Shown: positions 9,893 to 19,745 of the stretch, one piece after another
Position numbering within the stretch: position 1 is the first letter of the stretch
Layout of the letters: each line of letters opens with the position of its first letter
Assembly (NCBI GenBank): GCA_965199935.1
Contig: CBDATD010000002.1
Coordinates: forward strand, 128,050 to 192,049
Direction: 5' to 3'
DNA length: 64,000 nucleotides
Source: Bdellovibrionales bacterium
Lineage (GTDB): Bacteria > Bdellovibrionota > Bdellovibrionia > Bdellovibrionales > UBA1609
Notes under the pieces: generated by a model
Told to the model about the DNA's origin: nothing
The model's input: only the letters and a program-made list of their open reading frames with translations
The model's database searches: none
Made by a program: the position numbers and the translations under genes

Positions 9893-10999
9893 CTATAAAT
9901 GCCTTTCTTCGGGGCCTGTATAGGAGCTCATGGGGCGGATAATGCGGTTGTTTTGTCTTTGCTCCCAAATATGGGCCGTCCATCCCGCAATACGGCTCAT
10001 CGCAAAAATAGGGGTAAATAAGTCGATGTCCAGCCCCATCATGTAGTAAGCCGGCCCTGCTGGAAAGTCCACATTAGGCATAATATTTTTCTTTTCTTTC
10101 ATATATTTTTCGATGGCTGAGTACATAGGCATCCATTTTGGATTATTAGTTTCTTTGGCAATTTTTTTTGCGCATTCGTGCATGGCGGGGACTCTGGCAT
10201 CTCCGCTTTTATAAACTCTGTGTCCAAATCCCATAATTTTTTTCTTTTCTTTCAAAGATTTGGATAAATACTCTTCAACACGTTCAGGAGTTTCAATTTC
10301 TTTCATCATATACATGACCTGTTCATTGGCTCCTCCATGGAGAGGCCCCTTTAAGGATCCAATAGCTCCGCAGACAGCACTAAAAATATCAGAAGTTGTG
10401 GAGGCAATAACTCGAGCTGTGAAGGTTGAAGCATTAAAACCGTGTTCAGCATATAAAATCATGGAGCGGTCTAAAGCTTGAGCGAATACAGGGGAAGGCT
10501 TTTTGCCAAAGCACATATATAGAAAATTTTCTGCCAAAGACACGCCGGTTAAAGGCGGTATAAAATCCATTCCCTTTCGGAAGCGGTAGTGGGCTGATAT
10601 AAAAATGGGGGCGCACATAAGCATTTTCAAGCCTTTTGCTAAAATATCTTCAGAGCCTTTATCCCAGGTATTGCAGGGGTGAGATCCCATGAGGCTCATA
10701 GCTGTTCTCAAAGCGCTCATAGGGTGGGCTGTTGGGATTTTTTTTAAAACTTCAACAATAGGTTCATAGTCTTCTTTAATTTCTTTTTCACACTTGGTTA
10801 GAGGCAGTTTGCTTTCTATTTGATCCATAGACTTGGGCAGTTCTCCCTGCCATAACAAATAGACTGTTTCCAAGTATTTTTTTTTCTGCACCAATTCGCT
10901 GACGGGGTAGCCTCTGTAGAGAAGAGAGCTTTTTTCAGGGACGATGCAGGAAATGGAAGTGGAGTCAACAATCACTCCTTCTAAACCCTTGCCAGACAT
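9893..10999 (-). CDS. gltA: citrate synthase (short, ~370-aa type)
   Basis: Citrate-synthase motifs are present: GYPV..L, LILYAEHGFNASTFTARV, GPLHGGANE, GFGHRVYKSGDARV and MSRIAGWTAHIWEQ. Confidence 0.88.
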   Translation of the reverse strand: MSGKGLEGVIVDSTSISCIVPEKSSLLYRGYPVSELVQKKKYLETVYLLWQGELPKSMDQIESKLPLTKCEKEIKEDYEPIVEVLKKIPTAHPMSALRTAMSLMGSHPCNTWDKGSEDILAKGLKMLMCAPIFISAHYRFRKGMDFIPPLTGVSLAENFLYMCFGKKPSPVFAQALDRSMILYAEHGFNASTFTARVIASTTSDIFSAVCGAIGSLKGPLHGGANEQVMYMMKEIETPERVEEYLSKSLKEKKKIMGFGHRVYKSGDARVPAMHECAKKIAKETNNPKWMPMYSAIEKYMKEKKNIMPNVDFPAGPAYYMMGLDIDLFTPIFAMSRIAGWTAHIWEQRQNNRIIRPMSSYTGPEERHL

Positions 11000-11104
11000 A
11001 TTCTTCTCCTCACGAGTTTGAAAGACAAATTCTCCTTTTATTTTGAAGTCGAGTCAAGATGATTCTATGGATGTGCTTTTACACAGGCTGTTCCTGCATA
11101 TGTG

Positions 11105-11790
11105 GAAGATGGAATCCAGTCATAAGAAAGGCTGTGCGAACAAAGCTGTAAAGCTCAGACATGCGTTTTGCCACAGAGCAAACCTCGTCTGCTCTGTTTC
11201 AAAGCCGAACTTGTTTTCAGCTCTGTCCCCCCAGCCTTTCTACGTTTTCCGCCTCAAAGCAATCAGCTATGCAAACAGATGTTCAAAGCTCAGACATGCG
11301 TTTTGAGACAGAGCAAACTTTGTCTGCTCTGTTTCAAAGCCGAACTCGTTTGAATCTCTGTTTACATAGCTTTTGCAGATACGTTGTTTCAAAGCTGAAC
11401 TCGTTTTTAGCTCTGTCCTGCCAGCTTTTCTACGTTTTCCGCCTCAAAGCAATCAGCTGTGCAAACAGATGTTCAAAGCTCAGACATGCGTTTTGCCACA
11501 GAGCAAACTTCGTCTGCTCTGTTTCAAAGCCGAACTCGTTTGAATCTCTGTTTACATAGCTTTTGCAGATACGTTGTTTCAAATCCGAACTTGTTTTCAG
11601 CCCTGTCCCCCCAGCCTTTCTACGAATATACGTCACCTCTACGGAAGCAGGAGTCTAGTCATAAGAAAGACTGTGCGAACAAAGCTGTAAAGCTCAGACA
11701 TGCGTTTTGCCACAGAGCAAACCTCGTCTGCTCTGTTTCAAAGCTGAACTCGTTTACAGCTCTGTCCCCCCAGCCTTTCTTGACAGCTGT
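11105..11790. repeat. mosaic array of the same repeat family as 4931..5312
   Basis: The hairpin module CTCAGACATGCGTTTTG(C/A)(C/G)ACAGAGCAAAC...GTCTGCTCTG is at ~11154, 11289, 11479 and 11693. The GTTTCAAAGC(C/T)GAAC module is at ~11196, 11331, 11386, 11521, 11576 and 11735. An internal ~190-bp unit is repeated (11262-11450 vs 11452-11640). Confidence 0.9.
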
Positions 11791-11859
11791 ACCGTCTCGC
11801 CTTTTGTACTTTGTGCAAACATACTTGAAAGAATATTGAAAACTGCGGTATGACAGGCT

Positions 11860-12648
11860 ATGCAGGTTTTTCAAATTCCAGACTTAAAAGACAATTACAT
11901 TCATGTTCTCAGAAGCGGAGGGAAAACCGCTGTGGTGGATCCTTCCACAGCGGCTCCCGTGGACCAATTTCTGCAGAAGAAAAAATGGTCTTTGGATGCT
12001 ATTTTGAACACACACCATCACTGGGACCACACGGGCGGCAATAAAGAATTAAAAAAAAAATGGAGCTGTCTGGTCCTAGGATATTCAAAAGATTCCTATC
12101 GCATCCCAGGCATAAATCACAAATTAGAAGACGGGCAGAATTGGACTTGGGCAGATCAAGTTTGCCGGATTTTATTCATCCCCGGACATACTTTGGGCCA
12201 TATTGCTTTTTGGTTTCAAACATCTTCTATGCTGTTTTGCGGAGACACTCTTTTTGCTATGGCCTGCGGCCGGTTGTTTGAAGGTACGGCCCAACAGATG
12301 TTTGAGAGTTTAAATAAAATTCGCCTTCTGCCTCCTGAAACTCAAATTTACTGCGGGCATGAGTACTCGCTGGCCAACGCTGAATTTGCTCTACAGATAG
12401 AGGGGGGGAATTCAGATTTAGTTAAGCGTAAGCAGAGTATTCACAAAAAAAGAGAAAAAGGGGATTCGACAGTGCCGTTTTCTTTGAAAGAGGAGCTGGA
12501 CACGAACCCCTTCTTAAGGACAAAATATTTTATTCAGCGCCCGGAAAGTGTGACGCATCCTGATTTGAAGGAATGGATGAAGAATACAAAAGTTTCTGAA
12601 CTGGAGCTTTTTGCAAAAATGAGAAAACTGAAGGATTCGTTTCAATAA
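11860..12648 (+). CDS. gloB: hydroxyacylglutathione hydrolase (glyoxalase II, metallo-beta-lactamase fold)
   Basis: 262 aa. Family features are NYIHVL, the THHHWDHTGGN metal motif, GHTLGHIAF, CGDTLF and the C-terminal NPFLR. Confidence 0.88.
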   Translation: MQVFQIPDLKDNYIHVLRSGGKTAVVDPSTAAPVDQFLQKKKWSLDAILNTHHHWDHTGGNKELKKKWSCLVLGYSKDSYRIPGINHKLEDGQNWTWADQVCRILFIPGHTLGHIAFWFQTSSMLFCGDTLFAMACGRLFEGTAQQMFESLNKIRLLPPETQIYCGHEYSLANAEFALQIEGGNSDLVKRKQSIHKKREKGDSTVPFSLKEELDTNPFLRTKYFIQRPESVTHPDLKEWMKNTKVSELELFAKMRKLKDSFQ

Positions 12649-12726
12649 ACTGTCTTCTGCAGAAGCGGAGAAAGGAGGACAGAACTGCGGGCCTTAAAGC
12701 GCTGAACCGGCGCATGATGTCCTTCG

Positions 12727-13137
12727 TTAAGTGAATTGGAAATGGTACCCTTTGACGATGGGAGGCCCTTTGAATTTTTTAAACTGAATGCGGTTTAAGA
12801 TGCCAAGAGCGCATTTTAAAATATCTTTATTCTGTGAATTGGAATTGACCAGGCGGGATTGAGTTTTGCCGGAAGGGAAAATAGTCAATTCCACTAAAAA
12901 ATCTTTAGATGAAAGCCCTTGCCTTTCAGCACAGCCTTGAATTTTTTCTTTTTTTCTTTGGATCACTTGATTAAGATAAGCATCCGGCAGAGTTGCTGTC
13001 CAATCCATTTGGACCTCTAGGTGTCTGCTGGAAGATGGGATTTCTATAGGATAAGATGGAATTTCTAGTTTTTCAGCTTTTGAGCAAGACTGAAAGAGGA
13101 TCAAAAATATACAATACTTACTCTTCTTTAGGAGCAC
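12727..13137 (-). CDS. putative lipoprotein, unknown function
   Basis: The N-terminal signal/lipobox-like segment is FLILFQSC. The C-terminal ~70 aa weakly resemble the AgmX/PglI-type tail (IQGCAERQ...LVELTIFPSGKT...LKCALGIL). It overlaps the secG stop by 20 nt. Confidence 0.4.
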   Translation of the reverse strand: MLLKKSKYCIFLILFQSCSKAEKLEIPSYPIEIPSSSRHLEVQMDWTATLPDAYLNQVIQRKKEKIQGCAERQGLSSKDFLVELTIFPSGKTQSRLVNSNSQNKDILKCALGILNRIQFKKFKGPPIVKGYHFQFT

Positions 13138-13456
13138 TCTTGCTTTCCTCTGTGTTGTTTGGGGGCGCCGCCGCGTTTGGAGCAGACTCTTCTTGAGCGG
13201 GGGCGTCTAAAATGACACTGGAGCTTTTTTTAGTATTCATGTAAGCCAGTTGAATAGAAGTCACAGCAAAAATGACAGCACACCATTTGGTCACTGTGAC
13301 CAAAAAGTCGGAGGCTCCTGTGCCGCTGAAAACACTCCTCGACCCCCCTTGTCCTCCTAGAAGCCCCAAAGCTCCCCCTTTGGGATTTTGCAGGAGAACA
13401 AAAGCAACCAACACGATGCACGTGATAATGTGTATTGTTGCAACAAAAATCAGCAT
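13118..13456 (-). CDS. secG: preprotein translocase subunit SecG
   Basis: 112 aa with two TM helices. The SecG hallmark is VAFVLLQNPKGGALGLLGGQGGSRSVFSGTGASDFL. Confidence 0.85.
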   Translation of the reverse strand: MLIFVATIHIITCIVLVAFVLLQNPKGGALGLLGGQGGSRSVFSGTGASDFLVTVTKWCAVIFAVTSIQLAYMNTKKSSSVILDAPAQEESAPNAAAPPNNTEESKSAPKEE

Positions 13457-13491
13457 GGCCTCTGATTAACACAGTTCAGCTTTGGAGCAAA

Positions 13492-13935
13492 CTATTTTTG
13501 ATCTCTCATAAGGGTAAAAGCTTGAGCGTAGTTTTGAATTTGCTGAATGAGAGAAAAAAGCCCTCCTCTTCTGGAGGGGGTGAGGTGGTTTGCGAGATCC
13601 AGTGTTTCAATAAACTCAGGGGCTTGCTTGAGGATGGCTGAAGGGGGTAAAGAAGAGTAGAAGTGGACCATAAGAGCCAGAAGACCTTTGCTGATCAGGG
13701 CATCGCTGTCTCCCTGAAAAGTCAGAAGATTGTTCTGCATTTTAGGGTAGAGCCATAACTGAGATTGGCATCCCTTCACCAGCCAGCGGTCTGCGTGAAG
13801 AGATGAATTTAAAGGCGGCATTTCTTTTCCCCATTGAATCAATCTTCGGTATTTTGTCTCCCAATCCAGGCACTGCTCAAAAGATTTTAAAATCTCTTCT
13901 TCTCTTCGTTTCAGTAAATTAAGTGGTTTAGACAT
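13492..13935 (-). CDS. sufE: SufE-like cysteine desulfuration (sulfur acceptor) protein
   Basis: 147 aa. The SufE/CsdE pattern is RLIQWGKEMPPL...VKGCQSQLWL with the conserved acceptor Cys, followed by GDSDALISKGLLAL. Confidence 0.8.
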   Translation of the reverse strand: MSKPLNLLKRREEEILKSFEQCLDWETKYRRLIQWGKEMPPLNSSLHADRWLVKGCQSQLWLYPKMQNNLLTFQGDSDALISKGLLALMVHFYSSLPPSAILKQAPEFIETLDLANHLTPSRRGGLFSLIQQIQNYAQAFTLMRDQK

Positions 13936-13981
13936 GAGGAAAATCCTTTAATTTAAAGAAGATATTATTTATACTGGCGGG

Positions 13982-14173
13982 ATGAGCGGTATTCTTAATT
14001 TTTTGTTTGGACGTTTTCCAAAAATTTTTAAAAAAGATCAGGTTTATCATGAGCTAGATCCTCATTCTTGGAGGGAGTGGAAAGCCCGCTACCAACAAAG
14101 CTCTGAGTACGACTGGAGAAGACACAGTGGAAAAAGGCACAAAGCGGATCCTGTTTACTGTAAAAAGCCTTAG
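13982..14173 (+). CDS. small hypothetical protein
   Basis: A 63-aa ORF fills the sufE-rpsR intergenic gap. I see no recognisable motif. Confidence 0.25.
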   Translation: MSGILNFLFGRFPKIFKKDQVYHELDPHSWREWKARYQQSSEYDWRRHSGKRHKADPVYCKKP

Positions 14174-14418
14174 ATTTTAAATGGTTTTTTAGAAAAAGGC
14201 TCAGGTCTGGAAAAGGTATCATAAGCTTTCGTGCCGACAGGCAGGAGATTCAAATTTCTGGCCTTTTTGACAGCATTTTTTAACTGCTTTTGCTGGGAAT
14301 GAGTGAGTCCGGTGATCCGGCAGGGCAGGATTTTACCGCCCTCTGTGATGTAGTTATAAAGAGTGGAAGGGTCTTTATAATCAAAAATCAATTCCGGTCT
14401 TTTCTTTTCTGCTTCCAA
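14170..14418 (-). CDS. rpsR: 30S ribosomal protein S18
   Basis: The S18 core is [49 protein letters not shown]. Confidence 0.9.
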   Translation of the reverse strand: MEAEKKRPELIFDYKDPSTLYNYITEGGKILPCRITGLTHSQQKQLKNAVKKARNLNLLPVGTKAYDTFSRPEPFSKKPFKI

Positions 14419-14543
14419 AGCTCCTCCATACGGGACAGGCCGTACACTTTATACCACGTCCTTTGTTTTTTCAATAAAAAGGGTTGTCTAAAGACTCTTT
14501 TTTTTGGTATTCAAGGTGTTTTACCGCCTTCAAGGGGTGTGGG

Positions 14544-14843
14544 ATGTCTCGTTGCGAATTTAGCGGCACAGGGCCTGTCGTCAAAAATCTGGTAAGCCAC
14601 TCGAATATTAAAACAAAATCACGGGCCTTTCCCAACGTTCAGCGGAGGACTTTTTACAGTTTGACTTTGAAAAGGTATTTTCGGGCTAGAACGTCTGTTC
14701 GAACCTTGCGCAGTATAGATAAAAAAGGCGGGGTGGATATTTACCTGTTGAAACAAGACAGCGCGCTCTTGTCTCCTCGTCTGTTAAAATTAAAAAACCT
14801 ACTGCTTCGTAAAATCAGTAAAAAAGCGGCTGAATCAACATGA
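14544..14843 (+). CDS. rpmB: 50S ribosomal protein L28
   Basis: The internal ATG at 14544 gives MSRCEFSGTGPVVKNLVSHSNIKTKSRAFPNVQ...SVRTLRSIDKKGG, which is a canonical L28. The upstream 20 codons of the track ORF 14484.. look like read-through. A basic C-terminal extension is present. Confidence 0.85.
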   Translation: MSRCEFSGTGPVVKNLVSHSNIKTKSRAFPNVQRRTFYSLTLKRYFRARTSVRTLRSIDKKGGVDIYLLKQDSALLSPRLLKLKNLLLRKISKKAAEST

Positions 14844-15100
14844 AGTTAAAAATAAAAAAAGACGATGAAGTTCAAGTCATCTCCGGCGGCCAAAAAGGGA
14901 AGAAAGGAAAGGTTTTGGAGATTTCCCAAAAGCCCTTAAAACTGCGTGTGGCCGGAGTGTTTGTTCAAACTCACTTTGATAAAAAAGAAAGAAAACAATT
15001 TGAGAAAGAGGGCTTTGTTGATTATTCTAATGTGAAACTTGTGCAGTCCTCAGCTCCAAAAACCAAGAAAAGAAAGATAGTGAAGAAGAAAAAATCATAA
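14840..15100 (+). CDS. KOW-domain protein resembling ribosomal protein L24
   Basis: An ATGA overlap joins it to the rpmB stop. The N-terminus KIKKDDEVQVISGGQKGKKGKVLEI matches the L24 KOW motif. The C-terminal half is short and lysine-rich, unlike typical L24. Confidence 0.55.
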   Translation: MKLKIKKDDEVQVISGGQKGKKGKVLEISQKPLKLRVAGVFVQTHFDKKERKQFEKEGFVDYSNVKLVQSSAPKTKKRKIVKKKKS

Positions 15101-15126
15101 ATTGGAGCCGGCTTCTGTTTTTTGTA

Positions 15127-15399
15127 TTGAAAAATTGTAAGAGGACTGGGTGTAGAGCGTTGCTGTATCGTTTTATTAAAGCAGGTTTTTTGATGCTGTT
15201 CAGCTGTACAGCCTGCTGTCTTTTTTCAGAAGAAAAGGAGGCGGAGTCTTCCATAGAGGATGAAGTTTTAGAAGTGCGGACTCAATTTCCACGTTATCGT
15301 GTTTTGTACAATCATCAGAAGGTTATTCAAGAAGTTCAGGATCAGATGAAACGAGATGAATCAAAAAATGAGCAAGAGCTGTCAAAACACAAAAAATAA
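15127..15399 (+). CDS. hypothetical secreted protein
   Basis: 90-aa ORF with a hydrophobic N-terminal segment (FLMLFSCTACCLF) and a charged C-terminus. Confidence 0.3.
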   Translation: MKNCKRTGCRALLYRFIKAGFLMLFSCTACCLFSEEKEAESSIEDEVLEVRTQFPRYRVLYNHQKVIQEVQDQMKRDESKNEQELSKHKK

Positions 15400-15443
15400 G
15401 ATGCTGAAAAGGCTTCCAATAGACAGCGGTATAAACAGCACTG

Positions 15444-15749
15444 TTATCTATTTGCTAGAGAGGCATCTTCCTCAGGCAAGGATGCACTGCCCTCGCTGGA
15501 GGGGTGTGTGTAGTTATTGACTAAACAGGACAAGCCTCTATGAATCTCTTTCTCCCAATGATGAGACAAATGTTTCAACCCTGTTAATGGCTCTCCAGCC
15601 TCATACGCCAAGTTGTACATACGCCGATTTTGAGATAAAAATTGATTTGCAAAATTGGTTTTCTGTCTGTTCATATTTTCTTCTGAGTTCAAAACATCCC
15701 AATAAACAGCCATGTCTTCTCCAAATAAGTGAGAATACATTCGCCTCAA
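15444..15749 (-). CDS. hypothetical protein
   Basis: 101-aa ORF with no recognisable motif. Coding status is uncertain. Confidence 0.3.
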   Translation of the reverse strand: MRRMYSHLFGEDMAVYWDVLNSEENMNRQKTNFANQFLSQNRRMYNLAYEAGEPLTGLKHLSHHWEKEIHRGLSCLVNNYTHPSSEGSASLPEEDASLANR

Positions 15750-15840
15750 GGAGAGAGAATATTGAAGTTTTTTTGCAAATATCTAATTTTTTGAGCTGGA
15801 ATTTGAGGGGGTGTAAGGGGTGTAAAAATCTGAGGCTCAT

Positions 15841-16356
15841 TTATCGGGTGATGACCTGCCATACTGCATAGAAGGCCAAGGCCAGAACAATACAAACCAG
15901 AAGAGCTGTCTTCTTAAAGGCCGTCGTTTTGCTGACCAGAAAAGGAGTGAGAACGGCCAGGAGGCCCCATACGAGAATTTTTTGCCAAAACCAAGCAGGG
16001 GAGAGAAAACCCACAGGAATATTGGTTTTTGCAATCAATCCAAAACCGGAAACAAAAAGCAGAAGTAAAGCAGAACCGTGGAGAGAGAGAACGAACTTTT
16101 TAAAGGACACAGGACCGGTGATAAGCATCCCCATAGACAAAAAGAGTGTTATGAGACTCAGAAAGTGAAGCATTATGTAAAATTCATAACTCATGATTTC
16201 TGTCAATAATTCAGTTGTTTGTTGTATGTCAATAAGGATTACAGGTTTGTTGAGTTCATTGTTGGATTGGATAAATGAAGCAGGGAAAATATAAGATGGG
16301 TGTTTTTGAAAAACCATGAGGTCCGTTTGAGCTTTTTTATTCAAATACAATGTCAA
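15841..16356 (-). CDS. integral membrane protein, unknown function
   Basis: The C-terminal ~110 aa form four hydrophobic helices (MLHFLSLITLFLSMGMLITG...LLVCIVLALAFYAVW). The true start may be an internal Met. Confidence 0.45.
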   Translation of the reverse strand: MTLYLNKKAQTDLMVFQKHPSYIFPASFIQSNNELNKPVILIDIQQTTELLTEIMSYEFYIMLHFLSLITLFLSMGMLITGPVSFKKFVLSLHGSALLLLFVSGFGLIAKTNIPVGFLSPAWFWQKILVWGLLAVLTPFLVSKTTAFKKTALLVCIVLALAFYAVWQVITR

Positions 16357-16451
16357 AATCCTACAGCGAGGAGGATTTGGATTGTTGCTGCTTTTTTAAA
16401 AGGAATTTCCTTGATGATCATCTCAAATCAGGTTAGAAACCCTCATTCGTT

Positions 16452-18482
16452 TTGATGTATTCAGGGGTGTTTTTTATGGATTACGGTTTTATTGTTCCTC
16501 TTGTGGGTTTTGTGGGTTTGCTTTACGCTCTTTTTAGCTACTGTCTTCTTTCCAGATACTCTCCAGGCAATGAGAAAATGCAGGCCGTCAGCTCTCAAAT
16601 TCATCTAGGGGCTATGGCTTTTATGCAGGCTCAATATTTGAGGCTTTCCTTCTTTATTTTGATTGCGTCTTTTTTACTGTGGTTTTTTATGAGCTGGATG
16701 ATGATGTTTGCTTTTATCGCGGGGGCTGTGTGTTCTGCTTTGGCCGGTTTTATTGGAATGAAATCAGCCGTGAAAGGAAATGTTCGAACAGCGTCAGCGG
16801 CTCAAAAAGGCATTGCTCCGGCTTTACAGGTGGCTTTTGACAGCGGTTCTGTAATGGGCTTGAGTGTGGCCAGCCTTGGGTTGTTGGGATTGGGTCTGCT
16901 GTACTACGTGTTTGAATGGTTTTCTATTTCTTCTGTTTCCTTTATTTCTGGTTTTTCTATGGGGGCCTCTTCAATTGCTTTGTTTGCCCGTGTGGGCGGA
17001 GGTATTTTCACTAAAGCGGCGGATGTCGGCTCAGATCTTGTCGGCAAGGTGGAAGCCGGTATTCCGGAAGACGATCCTAGAAATCCCGGCGTCATTGCAG
17101 ACAATGTGGGCGACAATGTAGGCGATGTTGCAGGCATGGGCGCTGATATTTTTGAGTCTTATGTGGGAGCTATGGTGGCTTCTATGGCCATCGCCGCTTC
17201 TATGACTGATATTCAGGGGTATTTTGGAGCATCCGCAGAAAAAGAGCTGTTGATTGTACTTCCTCTTTTTGTTTGTGTGGCCGGACTGGCTTCTTCTTTT
17301 TTAGGTTTATTCAGTGTTCAGCTGTTTAAGTCCCGCCCTCCCGCGAGTGCTTTATTTTTATCACAGATTACGGGAGCTTTTGTATTTTTAGCGGTCACAG
17401 GCGTTTTATTATTTTCCACAATGGAGATGGGATGGAAAATTTATGCCGCTGTTTTAGCGGGTCATATCGCCGGGCTTTTGATCGGCAAGATTACAGAGTA
17501 CTACACTTCTTCAAAACCTATTTTAAAAATAGTGAAAGCCTCTAAGACAGGTCCGGCTACAAATATCATTTCAGGCGTCTCTGTAGGTTTAGAGTCTTGT
17601 TTTATCCCTTTGCTGTTTATCGTTTTAACTATTTTAGTTTCTTATCAATTTGCCGGCCTCTATGGGATTGCCATGTCAGCCGTCGGTATGCTGGCTACAG
17701 TGGGGTTGACAATGACCATAGATGCTTACGGGCCTGTTGCTGACAATGCGGGAGGCATTGCGGAGATGTCCGGTTTGGGCGCTGAGGTGAGAAAAGTGAC
17801 AGATCAATTGGACTCTGTCGGCAACACAACCGCCGCGATCGGCAAGGGTTTTGCCATTGGCTCCGCCGCGCTAACGGCTTTGGCTTTATTTGTGGCTTTC
17901 AAACAAGCGGTGTCCAGCTCCATCAACATGGACATCACAGATCCTTACGTTGTGGCGGGTCTGTTTTTAGGATCGTCTATAGTGCTTTTTTCAGCCAGTT
18001 TAACAATGAATTCGGTGGGCAGGACAGCAGAGAAAATGGTGGAGGAAATTCGACGTCAATTTAAAGAAATTACCGGCTTGATGGAAGGAAAGGCAGAACC
18101 GGACACCCGCAGATGTGTGGATATTGCCGCTTCGGCCTCTTTGAGAGAAATGGTTCTGCCCGGAGTTTTAGCTGTTGTGTCTCCTGTGTTGATTGGTTTT
18201 GGTTTAAATGCCACGGCTTTGGCGGGAGCTTTGGCCGGAGCTTTAATTACAGGAGTGGCTTTGGCTTTGTTCATGGCCAATTCCGGGGGAGCTTGGGATA
18301 ATGCGAAGAAGTACATAGAAAGCGGACAAGATCCTTCTGCCGGCAGAGGCGGTGTGGTTCACCAAGCGGCGGTGATAGGAGATACAGTGGGAGATCCGTT
18401 CAAAGACACAACAGGTCCGGCAATGAACATTTTAATTAAATTAATGTCTATTGTGGCTTTAGTCATTGCTCCTCTCCTTTAA
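16452..18482 (+). CDS. hppA: membrane-bound proton/sodium-translocating pyrophosphatase
   Basis: ~670 aa and polytopic. H+-PPase motifs are [67 protein letters not shown] and [17 protein letters not shown]. The start may be the ATG at 16455 or 16476. Confidence 0.95.
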   Translation: MMYSGVFFMDYGFIVPLVGFVGLLYALFSYCLLSRYSPGNEKMQAVSSQIHLGAMAFMQAQYLRLSFFILIASFLLWFFMSWMMMFAFIAGAVCSALAGFIGMKSAVKGNVRTASAAQKGIAPALQVAFDSGSVMGLSVASLGLLGLGLLYYVFEWFSISSVSFISGFSMGASSIALFARVGGGIFTKAADVGSDLVGKVEAGIPEDDPRNPGVIADNVGDNVGDVAGMGADIFESYVGAMVASMAIAASMTDIQGYFGASAEKELLIVLPLFVCVAGLASSFLGLFSVQLFKSRPPASALFLSQITGAFVFLAVTGVLLFSTMEMGWKIYAAVLAGHIAGLLIGKITEYYTSSKPILKIVKASKTGPATNIISGVSVGLESCFIPLLFIVLTILVSYQFAGLYGIAMSAVGMLATVGLTMTIDAYGPVADNAGGIAEMSGLGAEVRKVTDQLDSVGNTTAAIGKGFAIGSAALTALALFVAFKQAVSSSINMDITDPYVVAGLFLGSSIVLFSASLTMNSVGRTAEKMVEEIRRQFKEITGLMEGKAEPDTRRCVDIAASASLREMVLPGVLAVVSPVLIGFGLNATALAGALAGALITGVALALFMANSGGAWDNAKKYIESGQDPSAGRGGVVHQAAVIGDTVGDPFKDTTGPAMNILIKLMSIVALVIAPLL

Positions 18483-18535
18483 AATAAAATTAAAAATTTA
18501 TGAAAAAGAAATAAACTTCCGATCCGTATAAGGCT

Positions 18536-19642
18536 ATGGATGGATCTGTTTTTGAATCGGCAATTAAAAATTTTCTTTCTCCTATTTGGGATTTATTGAA
18601 AGACGAGTCTGTGACAGAAGTCATGGTCAACTCCTTTGATGAAATCTGGATTGAGAGAGGCGGAAAAATCGAGAAGGCTTCAAACAAGTTTCAAGATGAA
18701 GACTCCTTAAGAGCCGCCGCGAACAATATTGCTCAAAGTGTGGGGCGTCAGATTGGGGATGAAAATCCAAGACTGGATGCCCGTCTTCCCAATGGGTACC
18801 GCATTCACGTTGTGATCCCGCCGTGCGCAAGGAAAGGAACCACGATGGCGGTCCGCAAATTTTCCACCACACAGTTTACTTTTCAGGATTTTATCAAATA
18901 CGGCTCTATGTCTGTGGAGATGGCTCAGTTCATAGACATTTGCGTGAAACTGGGAAAAAATATTATCGTCAGCGGCGGTACAGGTTCTGGAAAAACGACT
19001 TTGCTCAGCATGATCTGCAACCGCATTCCCAAAGGCCAGCGTTTAATTGTCATTGAAGATTCCAGCGAACTGCAAATTGATTATGAACACATTGTCTTTT
19101 TTGAAACCAGAATGGCTCAGCCGGATGAAGGGCTGTCCGCTGTCACTATTGAAGATTTGGTGAAAAGCAGTCTTCGTTTAAGACCGGATCGGATTATTAT
19201 TGGAGAGGTTAGAGGAGGGGAGGCCTTGGATTTAGTGCAGGCCATGAACACAGGGCATAAGGGGTGTTTTGGAACCCTGCACGCCAACACTCCAAAAGCG
19301 GCGATGGTCAGACTTCAAGCTCTCGCTCAGGGCGCGGATTCTCAACTGAGTGAAAAAGCTCTTGTTCAGCAAATCAGTTCAGCTGTGGATGTTGTGGTTC
19401 AAACTTCCCGGTATCAAGACGGTGTTCGAAGAATTGCCTCCATTTCGGAAGTGCTGGGCAAGGATGAAAGAGATCAATATTTGGTGGAGGATATTTATCA
19501 TTTGGACCGTCTTATCAAGAGAGAAGACGGGAGTTTTTCAGGTGTTGCAGAGGCAACAGGCCGTGTCCCTTCTTTTATGTCAGAAATTGAGGATCAAAAG
19601 CTTCCTTTTTCCCGCCAAAAATTTCTGAAAAAAGCCTCTTAG
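18536..19642 (+). CDS. CpaF/TadA/VirB11-type secretion ATPase
   Basis: 368 aa. Features are Walker A GGTGSGKTTLL, LIVIEDSSEL, RPDRIIIGEVRGGEALD and the His box NTGHKGCFGTLHAN. No other tad/pilus genes are adjacent. Confidence 0.88.
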   Translation: MDGSVFESAIKNFLSPIWDLLKDESVTEVMVNSFDEIWIERGGKIEKASNKFQDEDSLRAAANNIAQSVGRQIGDENPRLDARLPNGYRIHVVIPPCARKGTTMAVRKFSTTQFTFQDFIKYGSMSVEMAQFIDICVKLGKNIIVSGGTGSGKTTLLSMICNRIPKGQRLIVIEDSSELQIDYEHIVFFETRMAQPDEGLSAVTIEDLVKSSLRLRPDRIIIGEVRGGEALDLVQAMNTGHKGCFGTLHANTPKAAMVRLQALAQGADSQLSEKALVQQISSAVDVVVQTSRYQDGVRRIASISEVLGKDERDQYLVEDIYHLDRLIKREDGSFSGVAEATGRVPSFMSEIEDQKLPFSRQKFLKKAS

Positions 19643-19745
19643 CTCTTTCGAGTTCTGCTTTATTAAAGTGACAGTATAGACCAAAGACCAAGCTCTATAA
19701 AAAATCTAAAAAGAGGGAGATTGTTATAATAACATCAAGGGAATC

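Noticed and set aside
4931-11790. Possibility that the two repeat loci are CRISPR arrays
   Set aside because: The sequence between the conserved modules is itself repeated between units, so there are no unique spacers. The period of ~140 bp is far from CRISPR geometry, and no cas genes are nearby.
11043-11874. Track ORFs across the second repeat array (11043.., 11161.., 11168.., 11459.., and the antisense 11430.. and 11659..)
   Set aside because: The reasoning is the same as for the first repeat locus. These are repeat-derived open frames in several phases and on both strands. The peptide similarity to the 4.9-kb ORFs reflects DNA repeats, not a protein family.
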